Shown: positions 24,101 through 35,999 of the stretch, piece by piece
How positions within the stretch are numbered: the stretch's first letter is position 1
Layout: the number at the start of each line of letters is the position of its first letter
Origin: Blasia pusilla
Lineage: Eukaryota
Length of the DNA: 64,000 bases
Assembly: GCA_050084515.1 (NCBI GenBank)
Contig: CM114271.1
Coordinates: 41,788,001 to 41,852,000, forward strand
Direction of reading: 5' to 3'
Program-made: the position numbers and the translations under genes
The notes under the pieces: model-generated
Databases searched by the model: none
What the model was told of the DNA's origin: nothing
The model's input: the letters and a program-made list of their open reading frames with translations, nothing else

Positions 24101-24665
24101 CCATAAGTGCCATCTGCTTAACAACCTGCCACAATGTGGACAAAGTCAATAAAATAATCTGTTTTGTCAATGAATTGCATAATGAGCCTTCGCATAACCC
24201 GAATTTTTCTTACCCGCTCAAAGATTGGGTCGGTGTTCAGGCCCGGCAGCTGCTCTAGGATAGGAGCTGGCAAATCCATGGGAAACTCATCGATTCGATA
24301 AAGGTCGATTTCTTCCATGAGGCTCAAAGACAATGAAGAGTCTTCTCCTGCTTCTTCAGAGATGTCCACCATCTCCACACTTGTTGTGCTCATGACCTCA
24401 TCATCTTTTTCTTGAACTTAGGCCGTTTCCTCAGCCGATTTTAGATTCATGGTGTCCCCATACCTCATCGGAGACATTTCCTGCATCTCAACACTGTCTG
24501 TTGGACGGACAGGGCTTTCTTCAATGACAATTTCTTTTTCTCTTTGAGCTTTTGCCAATTCTCCTCTCTTGACACAGGCGTCAAGACGCTTCTTCTTACG
24601 TTTCTCGCCTGCGACTCTTTTCTTCAAGGCCTTCGATGACTCAGCCTCGGCGTTTTGCTTTGCAA
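21152..24665 (-). pseudogene. Transposon cargo gene, copy 2 (diverged paralog; truncated before the MTase-like domain and at its 5' end)
   Basis: Collinear with 16170-19490: FKNHILPQADMDEEID..KWDFAKKK; RIPLCRLRTMEYVREIQSEEDISKLKQS..FYVDSFPPFYV..FFIWDGIHMYMA..AMHAMN; palindrome array at 22730-23620 in the same intron position. Confidence 0.75.
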
Positions 24666-24666
24666 G

Positions 24667-26026
24667 CAAGAGCAATGCTACAGTGTGCAGCATCCCATAT
24701 CTTCCTCACAAAAGGCATAACAAAAGAAAAGGGGCCTTCGATTTAAGAGCTCTATGTCAGGGCGGCTATGAGATCTGTTGATGAGAAACTCTATGTGGAA
24801 GCCTTCAATCGGTGCGTAGTAAGAACTCCCCTCGAGCAAGATGTCCATATTGGTGGGGATATTCGTGGGCGTGTTTCAAGACGTCCCAGCAGTCCGAGCG
24901 AGACTCGTGGAGACTAGATAAGTATCTTGACTTTAGGCAAGTGAAGAGAAAGCATTGAGAAACGAACCCAGTGATTGATTTGGATGAAAAAAATTACGCC
25001 GCCTTGGTATTTAGGGACCTCGGATTGCTCCCAAATCCGAGATGCAATAACTTCTCCAAAATCAGTGAATGTTTATTTCAAAAGCCGTCCGTTGTTGGAA
25101 GTTCGCAACATCCGATCTCTGGGGTAGTTCAATAGTATGGGATTCCGGTCATTGAGGTGGATTGCAACCTCAAAAGGTGGCATATATCTTGGAGCAACTG
25201 TGGACGTGGACCCACTTGCAGGGAAGGATTTGATGGCATTAGGAGAGCATGCGGCACTTTCCTAAATAAGAATTATACAAGGACTGGACGACCACTTCCT
25301 GGCTTCTGGGGACTCAAAACCTTTGATCGTTTCACAAGAACCAAGCATCAATTGAAGTACTTCTTCTGCCCAAATGAATCCTGCGCTTTTCGAAAGTCTT
25401 ATTCGGCTGCCATTGGAGTTCCAGGGAATACCCCCACGATTTGGCCGATTGCTGCAAGTATGAATTGCACTCAAGACGAAGTGGAAAATCTTACAAGTGC
25501 CGGTTTCAGACTCCTAGACGAAGTAAGTTTGGAGCATGTTCGCATTACAGAAACCTTTGCATTTCGTATTCAATCCAAGATTGATGTCAACATATACCCG
25601 GAGAAGATGGATGATCTCAATCCACTATTTCTATTGGAGTCTAGAAATGGGGTGAAGAGAAACAAAATGTGTAGGCCAACGGTGGAGAGAGCAAAGCGAA
25701 TAGCATCAGCTCAAGAGGCAAACATGGAAATCATCGCTATAAAAGATGTCCATAGTGGCAATGGAATAGGAAGGATGTATTGGGTCAGGAACAACACTGT
25801 AAATTCAAGTGTCACATGGGTGTATGTGATGCACATCTGTTGCTTTCCCACATGTTCCTATGATGACTTTGTCCAAAGAGAGACAAGTGGGAAAAGGTAT
25901 TTCCCTTGTAAGCACATATATAATGTGTTGCTTGTAGTTTTAAGAGAGTTGGAGGTAGGAGTAGCAATCCACCAACCAATTCTGTCTCTCAAAGAAGTGC
26001 AAAGTATTTTAAACAAACCACTTTGA
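24667..26026 (+). pseudogene. 3' part of the transposase gene (Cys-rich region plus SWIM finger), second copy
   Basis: ORF 25157-26026 closely matches ORFs 9395-10012 and 9138-9497; CCFPTCSYDDF..FPCKHIYNVLLVVL. Confidence 0.85.
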
Positions 26027-26427
26027 GGATGCAAAATGAGGTCTTAGATTGTACTTTCATTTGCCAGAACCTTCATTTTGAGCTTGAACTCTATTCAGCC
26101 CAGGGCAAAGGATAGATTTGTTTCCAGACCTTGGATGGAAAAAGTGATTTGTTCCACATTTATGATTCCAATGATTTTTCAATTTTTTAAATTCTGTGTA
26201 AATTTCAACCTGTCGGATTTACATGGGTTGCCAAAATGTGGAAGAGGAAAAAAAATCTATGGGAGTGCCTAAGCACTGAGAAGAAAAGTACAAAAAAACT
26301 CACAAAAAAGTTTCCTCTCTTTAACCCAAGGGAAACTCTCTACAAATCAAAGGAAACTCACTTAAAAAAAAAGTATCTCTCTGGGTTGAAGGTAGTTTCC
26401 TCTCTTCCTCTCCTCTTACCACTCCTC

Positions 26428-26691
26428 ATTTGGTACTCACACAAAGTAGGGAAGCTTAATCTTGGTCAGTCAATGAAGCACAATTATTTTAACTATGGTT
26501 AGTTAGTCACAACTAGTTTAACTCAAGACTATGGTTAGGATTAGGGTTAGGGTTGCTTGTACATACCCTATAGAATTGAGAAGGGGATCAGCCTCCACTC
26601 ATTCTCTCATTGCAAAATTTTTTTCTTCATCATAGTATGTGAGTGTGAGAGTCGTTTCCCACCAATTACGCGTCTTTAGGAGTTTTCTACA
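26428..26691 (+). mobile_element. Remainder of the copia 3' LTR
   Basis: Matches 160-263 and the inverted LTR at 26791-27098; ends ttttctaCA. Confidence 0.85.
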
Positions 26692-27098
26692 ATTTTCTTC
26701 TCCCAAACTGAAAATTTTCCTTCTCTTGCCTCTCTTTTCTTCTCAAACACCAAGAATTTCAAGTGATGTTCTCATATCGCTCTAATACCATGTAGAAAAC
26801 TACTAAATAAGCATAACTGGTCGGAAACAACTCTCACACTCACACACTATCAAACAAAATTTTGCAATGAGAGAATGAGTAGAGGGTGGTTCCCTTCTCA
26901 ATTATATAGAATACGTACATGCAAACCTAATCCTAATCTTAACCATAGCCTTGAGTTCGACTAATTGTGATTAACTAACCTTAGTTAAGATAATTGCGCT
27001 TTACTCACTAACCAAGATTAAACTTTCCTACTTTGTGTGAGTACCAAATCTAGTAGTTCAAATTTCCGATGAGCTTGACTATCATTTGGTCTTCAATA
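26692..27098 (-). mobile_element. Second copia element of the same family, inverted: intact LTR (27098-26791), PBS (26790-26779) and truncated leader
   Basis: Reverse complement reads tattgaag..aagctcatcgg..atttggtactcacacaaagtagg...ttttctaca-tggtattagagc, then a leader matching 276-360. Confidence 0.85.
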
Positions 27099-29699
27099 TG
27101 AATATGGTGAGTTCTAATCGCGACATCCGATAGAGATTGGGACTAGATAGACTAAACAACATAAAGAATCCTTTATACATAAAATTATATATTTACAAGT
27201 TAGATATGAAGGTTAATGTAATGTTATCATCTAGGAGCTATAATGCTATCACTACTCTTATCATACCCACTTCTTGAAGGTCAAAGAGATGTAGACTTGT
27301 AAATACCTTTTATGATTCATATATGTATTGTGATCCACCTAACCTCCCTCCACACTTCAAAGAGCAATGAATTTTTAACTCATCCAAATGCCTTCTAGGG
27401 TCGTAGTGAAGGTGTGTGGCCTTAGTACGTTGGAGATGAACGTGCCACCTCATATGTTTAATGAAAATCCATGTATGGTTGTAACTTATGCCCCTCTTTG
27501 TGACATCTTATGCGGTATAAAGATGTGCCAAGATTCTAGAGTATAATGCCTAAATGGAAATGTCTACTATTCCAACCATATTTGTAGCTCCTCTGTCATA
27601 ATAGGTGGCTCGTGTATTAAGTCCATCTTCTTTGTCAAGATACTACGTCTACGATGAGAGATAATGCAATAAACCAAAGTTCAGATTGTGAGCATTTCCA
27701 CTTAATGTGTTGCATTGAATGACAACATCTTGTCATTTTAATAGTTGTAATATTACACTTTGTTTTCTTTTAGGAGGATATTTTGGCATAGGGGTCGGGT
27801 TGCGGTTGGCAAGACTCTTCAACTTGAACTTCCCCTTCCCCCCCACTTGGATCATGTGCACGGTTTTTTTTTTTTAAATGGCTAGGGTTTCTCCCTACTA
27901 AGGTCCACTACACATATGTGATAAGTTACATAGTTAAAAATATTCTTAATTTTAAGAATAAAATATCTTTTTTTCTTGGAAAATGGAGAGATATCTACCA
28001 CGCTCCAAATTTATCATGTACCAATACAACATCAGCGCATTACACGTGCACCCTTATTGGTGAGATGTCTATGAAAAGTGAACTCATCAATATTAAAACA
28101 GAAACACTCAAAAATTGGCATGAATGAAATAGCTTTATTCCATACTTGGCCCACGTGCTACTTTCAAATATTTTTGAATCCATGTAAGAAATATGTTTGA
28201 ATGATTTTAAACTATTAAAGAAAATCCTACGAATTCCTTTCTATATATCTCATATATATCATTAAATAAGGAAGGGATTTATTATGTGAGGAAATTCTTT
28301 TCTCAAAGAACCTAAGTTCTATTCCAAAGGAAAATATGAGGTATCATAATACTTTTGATAGGAATAAAATAGAATGTACTAATGAGTTAGATATGGTGGT
28401 GCATGAATGAAATACTTGATAATTTAGTATATAGACAAGATGTTAGTGAATATATAGGAAATATTTGAAAGAAGAATAAAGCGTTAAGATAAAATAAATT
28501 TGCATCTTTTTCTTCCCATAGAATTAGCATAATTTTCTGAAATAAAATTTTAAAAATTGGTTACTTAAAAACGGAGAATTTTCTACCATGGCACAAAAAA
28601 TATGAATAAGACACAAATGACTGCATTTTTACTGGTCTTAATGGAAGATATTTAAATATTAAAAAAATACTTATGGTAAAATAAGATCATGCAACATTAT
28701 CAAATATTGTGATGTAAAAATTATACCAAGGATTTTTCGATAGCAAATTTTACATAAGATTTAAGATATCATTTTATTTTAATTCATTATAATATATAAT
28801 ATATACAAATACTTGCATATCAAACTTCAAAAATAACTAACAATTTTAAAAATAAGGAATGCAGATTTTTTTTAAGAGAGATAAGTCTAAAAAGCTTGAA
28901 GTTGATAATATTTGTTGGTAGCATCCATATTCTATGAATACCACAAGAAGTTAGTTCTATAAGATATCTCAACGTGTTAAACCCCTAAAATATTTATATC
29001 ACCAACTACGACTTCAAGATGGAATAGGAGCCATATGAGAGCTCTATCTCTAAAATTGATTTAGTCAATGAAACACTATACGTGGACAATAATTTTCATA
29101 TTGTGATTGCCCACAATTTTTTTTATAGTTGGGAAAGTAGCAATACGTAAAGCAAACTTGTCATAATCACTAGATATCTCCTATCATTGTATCAATAGAA
29201 ATAATTCACATAAGGAATTCATAGTTGTTGAAAATGGAACCAATAAATTCACAATAAGATGAAAATATAGAAATCATCAATAACAATCTAATCACTAATT
29301 TCCCCATCTCACTAAGCTTACTAATTTTGTAAGAATAAATCAAGTGTAATCAAATAATTAAGTGCTACAACAATTGAAATTGAAGTCAATGCAACCATTA
29401 AACGATTCGAACAATCTAGGCAATTGTTAACCAAATTCAAGCTTCCAAATTTTGGTTGCTACAGAATGACTTCTTGATCATCCCTTATGGGATCATCTAG
29501 GAAAAAAGTAATACCGATTTACCTTTGTTGTTTCATGTAGTCAAATCACAGAAAGTGGGGTAAGGACTACATATATAGACATTCAAAAATTTGAAGATAG
29601 ATTTTGATGTTTGCTTCCAAGTTTCATCTAAGAATTGTAAGATAAATTTCAATAATTATGTTCTCTGTATTCATGCATGACTCAAATGACACACCTCTA

Positions 29700-31250
29700 T
29701 CATTACCTTCTTGTACTTAGGGTATAACATTCATTTTGAGCTTTTATATCAAGTCCATATAACTTAAGATAAGTCTAATTCACAATAACCACCTTAACTA
29801 CCACTACATACATGTAATGGAGATTTTCTTGCACATACACATTCCTACATAATCTACATCAATAATCATATCCATTTGCAGCCTTGAGCCCAAGATTCAA
29901 ATTTGATGTGAGCATGGTTGTGTACCCAATAGCAATAAATGGCCATTGATGAAAATCATCATCTCTTAACCAATAACCAAATTCACACATAAATTGTGCA
30001 TCTCTACAAAGGTGAATTGGGATAATAGACCCTCATAACAGATATATACTTAAACTAGCTATATTCAACAATTGAAGATCTGAATGATAGGGGATCTTAA
30101 TTTATGAGAGGGGATTATCAATTTATCGCAGTACCATCTTGTATAAAGTCAACAACCTCGTTCTTATGAACAAAAAATGTTTTTAGGCAATTACATATTA
30201 TCTACGTAGAGGGTAATGTTGATCTAATGGAGTTTAGAAAATGTCGCTACTAAGGGTCATATGAGTGTCTGATAGGTGTATGCAATTGAAATACCTTACC
30301 TTGGCTTAAGAATGGTGAAGATAATTGGTGCTATAATCCATTAGACTTATGACTAAAAAGAGGAGGAAGTTGGGCCATGTCATTTGAGAGAATAACTAAC
30401 CTTGAAGTACGTAGACTATGTCCATAGGAGATATTGCTTTCATTGAGCCTCGTAGTAATAATTTGCAAAAGACTAGGTGTTAGCATTAAACACTCGTCTA
30501 TAATGACAATACTAACATTATTCAACTTGGTGTGAGCATATGATGAAGCATGCATGTGAGGAATATCCCCTTTGATTGGAATATACAATGTGGAATGCAT
30601 TGTTGTAGTTTCAGCCTGGAGTCGTATAGTAGCACTACTTGCGCTAACAGTATGAAGTACCCTTTGGACTGCCAATAGTTATACATGAAGTTAATAAGCA
30701 AGGTCTTCCTAGAACCAAGGGCACCCTGAGGTACAACTAATTCAATTTTTCTGTCTTTGAGGCATGAGTATAGGAGCTTTTTCTCATCGTTGAGTAGTTC
30801 ACTATCAAGATGAACAGGTAAGTCGATTAGGGGAGTATGTACTATTGGTAGAGATAGGCTAGCGTCAGGTAGTAGAGCTTGGTAGTCCATAGTAAGTAAT
30901 GGTCTTAGTAAGTCATAAGCTTTGGAGACTATCTTTGTATAAAGGACTTGACTCCATAGGTTGTAGATTGTTGGCGTGTCAATGAGATCAAATATGGATT
31001 CCATTGTGGTTACAAGACCACGATGCATACATTCAGGGAAATAAGTCTATTATGAGAATGATGAAGATATGAGTAGATGTGCAAATCTGAAAGTAGTGTG
31101 CTGAAATAATTCAACATAGGAAAACTCATTCCATCGGTGGAGGGAATGAAATTCGGTAAACTTGGCAAGTATAGTTGATGAACATACAAAATTACCCATA
31201 GAATCTATGCTAGAATTTGTATCACATAGCTTCAATCTGCACGATTTAAA
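29700..31250 (-). pseudogene. PIF1-like helicase remnant, probably from a Helitron
   Basis: Walker A-like QGALGSRKT; IVIIDECLML (motif II); LVILSNDMAQLPPL (GDxxQLPP motif III); heavily decayed; boundaries approximate. Confidence 0.7.
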
Positions 31251-32152
31251 TAATATGATATATTTTCAAATATTGATTGAATAAAAAAGGCCTCTAAAGA
31301 AGAGTATCTATTGTTTTACAATGTTGACATAGGATGATTGGAGGATGGAGAAGCATTCTTATACGGGGAAGATCCAAGTGCATATGGGCGTATGCATAGT
31401 GTTGTTTGGATATTTATATTAGCAATAAAACCAAGGTGACAAGGATAAGGATCTTCACTAGAAGAAATACCACATTTTTATGACTCAAGCTTGCTTGACT
31501 CATACATTTACGTGCCTAGACGACAACTACAAAATAAAAAGAATCAATCACATAGTTTTCATGTGGATTTGTAGTCATAACAAGTCACAAGCTATTGACA
31601 TAGTATGACTCACGAGTCATAAGAACTTGAAAATTCGAAATGTCTCACTTGAGTCATGAATTTTTTGCCAGGTTGACATGTTGATGTGGCACTTTTTACC
31701 TTATTAGATTTGTACTACATGTGAGCTCCAAGCCCCTTGCGTCCATACACACCTAAGTGTTGGAAATATGTAAAACCTGAACTAAGTCTACGTAGGATGC
31801 TCTTGGGACATGCATGAGCGTCTGTAATGCTGTGACACACACTACATGAGCGTGAGGCAATGCTGTGACAATTGATGAGGGAGGCATTTTTGGGTTGAGT
31901 GAAGGTGTGGATTTCATATGAAGCTCATGAGAAGTCGAGCTCAGTAGTCATGTACACCGCCTGATTTCATGCTAGGAAGTGGCTAGTCTAATGATTGCTC
32001 CTTCAGGTTTTGAGGCAATTCGTTAAGACTTTGTCATTTTCTCGTTGCAACAATCCGCACTATTGAGCTGAGGACTTGATCGAGTCGCTCAATGACCCAG
32101 GGCGCGGGATCTATGGTCGCAAGGCTACGACAAGCACTACTTAATGAGTACA

Positions 32153-32154
<2 letters not shown>

Positions 32155-32231
<77 letters not shown>
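32155..32231. repeat. (CT)n microsatellite
   Basis: Directly visible. Confidence 0.98.
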
Positions 32232-32235
<4 letters not shown>

Positions 32236-32274
32236 AAGGTGAACGGTCTGTCAAGATTCTTATAATGTCATGAC

Positions 32275-32740
32275 ATCACATCAGAAGTCAAGCACTCTAT
32301 CATTTTGCATACCATTCATCCCTCGATAGAATATGGGGCAGTAGTGTTGGATGCCAACAACAAACAAGCTTGAAGCTATGTAGGTCCAAGCGTTTCGAGA
32401 TACGATGTCAGCTTCCTGACGAACATCCAAAGTTGCTGTAAGATCAGAACTGGGAGTGGAACCCTTATAGGATAGACGTGATATTGCCAATGCAAGTTGA
32501 AATGATAGAGGAAGTTGGAGACAGTGAACTCCCATGGCCAGAGTAAAGAGGGGATGGGGGAAACTTGGACCCAAATAAGATATGTAATGGAGGCCAAATC
32601 TTGGACAAAAAAAGTTCCAGTGATTGTACAAGTAACCACGCTTCCAATGGGCCCTGAACTTTGGGAGCAAGATGAGAAAGCATTTGTGGATACCATAACC
32701 AAAGCAGAGGGCAAACACTCATTGCATAGTAGCACTTAAG
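32275..32740 (+). pseudogene. Non-LTR retrotransposon (LINE) post-RT remnant; related pieces at ~34305-34390 (+) and ~35675-35755 (-)
   Basis: IHPSIEYGAVV..RTSKVAVRSELGVEPL resembles LINE ORF2 'RPxLEYGxxVW..TPxxAVRxELGxxPL'; nucleotide similarity among the three pieces. Confidence 0.55.
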
Positions 32741-32966
32741 AAGCCATGAAAATGTCTGATGTCTCTCTCTCTTGAAAGTTTATCCTGAAAAGGTAATCTT
32801 GAAAAACGATTTGTTGTATTTTCCTGAAGAAAAAAGGTTGCAAATCAAAGTCCCAAGACCCTTCATTAGATCATGGACAATAATTCATTTCATTCACTCA
32901 GTCTCCTCTCATAAGTAGTTAATAATGAATGAACTCCAAGCAAGAAAAATAGAAATGCTCATCATT

Positions 32967-33695
32967 TAGTTGCTCATTGCTGTAGTCAAAATTTTTGGTG
33001 ACCTTCAAATCTTGCTCCCCTAGTTGATATGTTTGAATTATTGTGTATTGTATTTTCAGACCTTCATCTGAAGCTTAAGGTTTAAGCTTGGGTATTTGGA
33101 ACTAACCCATCCAATGAAGCAGCTTGAGGTGATTGATGATTTGCTGAAAATCAAATCCAGATATGTGGTGATCATGGAACTTATAAGTGCAACTCAGAAG
33201 ATAAGTAATATTAGAAGTGTTCACATGCCAACAACCATTGAAGCTACTGTTGTAACAGAGGTAGAGTTTGATAGTGTGAAAGTTTATTGCCTTGAGTTCC
33301 AGATAAAAGGAGACATGGTCCTATTGGTAGACTTGATAATTCAGTTACTCATTGCTGTAATCAGAATCTTTTGTGACCTTGGAATCTTGCTCTCCTAGTT
33401 GATATGTTTGGATTATTGTGTATTGTATTTTCAGACCTCCATCTGAAGCTTAAGGTTAAGCTTGGATATTTGGAACTCCTGTGGACTGACCCATCCAATG
33501 GAGCAGCTTGAGGTTGTTGATGCTTTGCTGAAAATTAAATCCATATATGTGGCGATCATGGTAGAAGTGTTCACGTGCCAACAACCAGTGAAGCTACTAC
33601 TGTAACAAAGGTAGAGTTTGATAGTGTGAAAGTTGATTGCCTTGAGTTCCAAATAAAGGGAGATATGGTCCTCGTCATAGACTTGAATAGTTAGG
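32967..33695 (+). repeat. Diverged ~375-bp tandem duplication
   Basis: ctcattgctgta..gacctt..aatcttgctc.cctagttgatatgtttg.attattgtgtattgtattttcagacct.catctgaagcttaagg occurs at ~32973 and ~33347. Confidence 0.85.
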
Positions 33696-35299
33696 TGGAG
33701 CAAGGCACAAAGTCAGAGGAGATAAGGATTTTGGAAGATGGCGAGAATGGCACACAACTGATCATGCTTTTGAGGGAATCTCAAGCCAAGATATGTGTTT
33801 CAATGGCAGAGGGTGGACTCCCCTACCTCGATCAATGTCAACTTGAAGGAGAATGCAAGCTCATTTTTGGATTAGATGGTTGTGAATTATGAACTCTACA
33901 AACACCAGGGGGAACTATAGTATGTGCCAAAGATATTAGAAGATCTGATCATTCTCTTGTCTAGACATACTTACAACCAAGACTAAAGTAGTCGTCTTAT
34001 CCAACAAAGAGTGACAACAAGACAAAGACAATGTGAGATTCCCCCTTAACTCTTGTGTGCATGAGACCTAGAAACACAAGGGCTAGCACAAGAAAACTAA
34101 ATTCTCGTAATCATGATTGTGATAACGGATAACAACTTGAAGTCCTACATATATAGTTGGAAGTAGAGCATGCAAAACTAAGTCTCCATTGATTTTTGAG
34201 TGCCATACCATACTCAACCCATAAATCAGTTTTAAAACTTGCTTGTCTTATAAAGTAGTAGCTCCCTATGCCCCATAAATAGCTCGGCATACCAAAACTC
34301 AGACATCACATTAGAAGTCAAGCGCTCTGTCATTTTCCATACCATTTGTCCCTTGCTGGAATATGGGGCAATAGTGTGGGATGCCAACGACACAATTGTT
34401 CCAACACATTCGATCAGTAGCCTTATTCATTACCCAAAGTTGTTGCACTTATAAGTAATGTCCATTAGGGATCCCAATCAGGTGAAATAGATGGTGTGGT
34501 GAAGCGTTTCTTGGTTGACACTAGGATCCGCACAAAAAGTTCTCTGTTTGGTCAGCAATCTGTCTCTGAAGAGAAAGATAGATAGAGAGAGAGAGAGTAC
34601 AATCTCTCTTAGAGGAGAAGCTTGGTACGATGTGATTGATAACTTTCTAAGTGAACAGTGTAACCCATCTGAACTAGTTCTAATCAAAATGGAGCACATA
34701 AGTTCTCCGTGCATTCAAGAAGCTAGTCAGAAAAGTTAAATTCACCATAACTTTCTTCAAAAAACAATTCACCAACAACCATTAGCTAAAGATGACTTAT
34801 CTCTACCTAACAGTGAAAAAACCTGAATACTTTTACCACATTCGGTCTGACCAGCAACTATCGTGACATTATGAGCATTGATAGCCTTCAGAAGGTCATG
34901 CCTTTGCTTTAAAGCATGTTGCTTATGCTTAAAAGCAAGCTGCTTTGATCTTCATACCCACATGTCTCTATGTCCATATCTTTCAAACTTCTATTGTCTA
35001 GTTCCCACTCACTCTTTAACTTTTAACTTTCCTTGCTAGGGTCAAATGGCATATGGTTTTCCCTACTCCTGCCAGACTCTTGCAAAGTAGTGTGCAAGTT
35101 TTAGCCTTCAAGATCTTCCTATCCTCTCATATCCACTGCACTGTTAGGGTATACCCTACTCTGACCATATGGTAAGTATATTTTTGGTATTGACAAGTCA
35201 TCTCCATGATTGGATTCTATATGATTCAACTTAGCCATACCCACAACGCCCTGGTAATTTGCAGCCAAGAAGTTTGCATTCATTTGACATTGCATGTTC

Positions 35300-35530
35300 C
35301 AATAAAAAAGGTAATGATGTTCATTATCAATGAGCCCCAAGTTGCAAAATCTACATAATGTGTCATCCCTTTTCTTTTGTGAGAATTTTCCTTTCTCAAT
35401 CTCAAGGTCAGTAGAGCCACATTTGAATCTTGCTAATGTATGCCGTAGCTTAGTGGAAATGGGGGCAAAGATGTAAGAGGCTTGCTGCATGGATCTGCTA
35501 TCTACTTTAATACCTACTTTATTTGATTGG
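35300..35530 (-). pseudogene. LINE ORF2 C-terminal CCHC zinc-finger remnant
   Basis: LARFKCGSTDLEIEKGKF..RDDTLCRFCNLGLIDNEHHYLF. Confidence 0.7.
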
Positions 35531-35591
35531 AATCCCCAATAGACATTACTTACCAGTGCAACAGCTTTGGGCAATAAATCAAGGCCACTGA

Positions 35592-35593
<2 letters not shown>

Positions 35594-35674
<81 letters not shown>
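35594..35674. repeat. (AG)n microsatellite
   Basis: Directly visible. Confidence 0.98.
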
Positions 35675-35679
<5 letters not shown>

Positions 35680-35999
35680 TGGGGCATCCCCCACTGTTGC
35701 CCCATATTCCAACAGAGTGAAGAAGAATGACAGAGCGGTTTATATGTGATGTGATTCATCTAACTGTCCTACATATGTTAATTACATGATTAGGATCCCC
35801 AATAAACATTACATACAAGTGCATCAACTTTGGGCAATTAATTAATCAAGGCTACTGAATGTAGTGAAGGTAGGTTGTCTATACCTTATAACCATCATCC
35901 CCAATCACAACTTGTGTGGCAAATGAGCTTTCTTGAGCACTCACTCCCAAATATTCTTGTTCTATGTCAGAGTACCATTTTGGTCTTGGATTTTATCTC

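Larger units (their letters stand above)
7477..26427 (+). mobile_element. ~19-kb composite Mutator-like DNA transposon with asymmetric ends, inserted in the copia 3' LTR; contains nested, inverted and duplicated copies of itself plus gypsy inserts
   Basis: Left end gggggctggtattctgg..gagagtaagagaggagagtctctctt and right end ..tctcttcctctcctcttaccactcctc match the 5715-6393 element; TSD atttggtagt (7467-7476) / atttggtact (26428-26437); LTR sequence resumes after 26437. Confidence 0.82.

Noticed and set aside
26533-26554. Telomere-like TTAGGG repeats
   Set aside because: Only 2-3 imperfect units and part of the copia LTR (also seen inverted at ~26924-26945); not an interstitial telomere.
32034-32234. 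ORFs with ERERER or LSLSLS runs (also 35550-35759)
   Set aside because: Translations of CT/AG microsatellites.
33096-33892. ORFs within the 375-bp duplication as a possible host gene
   Set aside because: The two units differ by frame-disrupting indels and no domain was recognisable.
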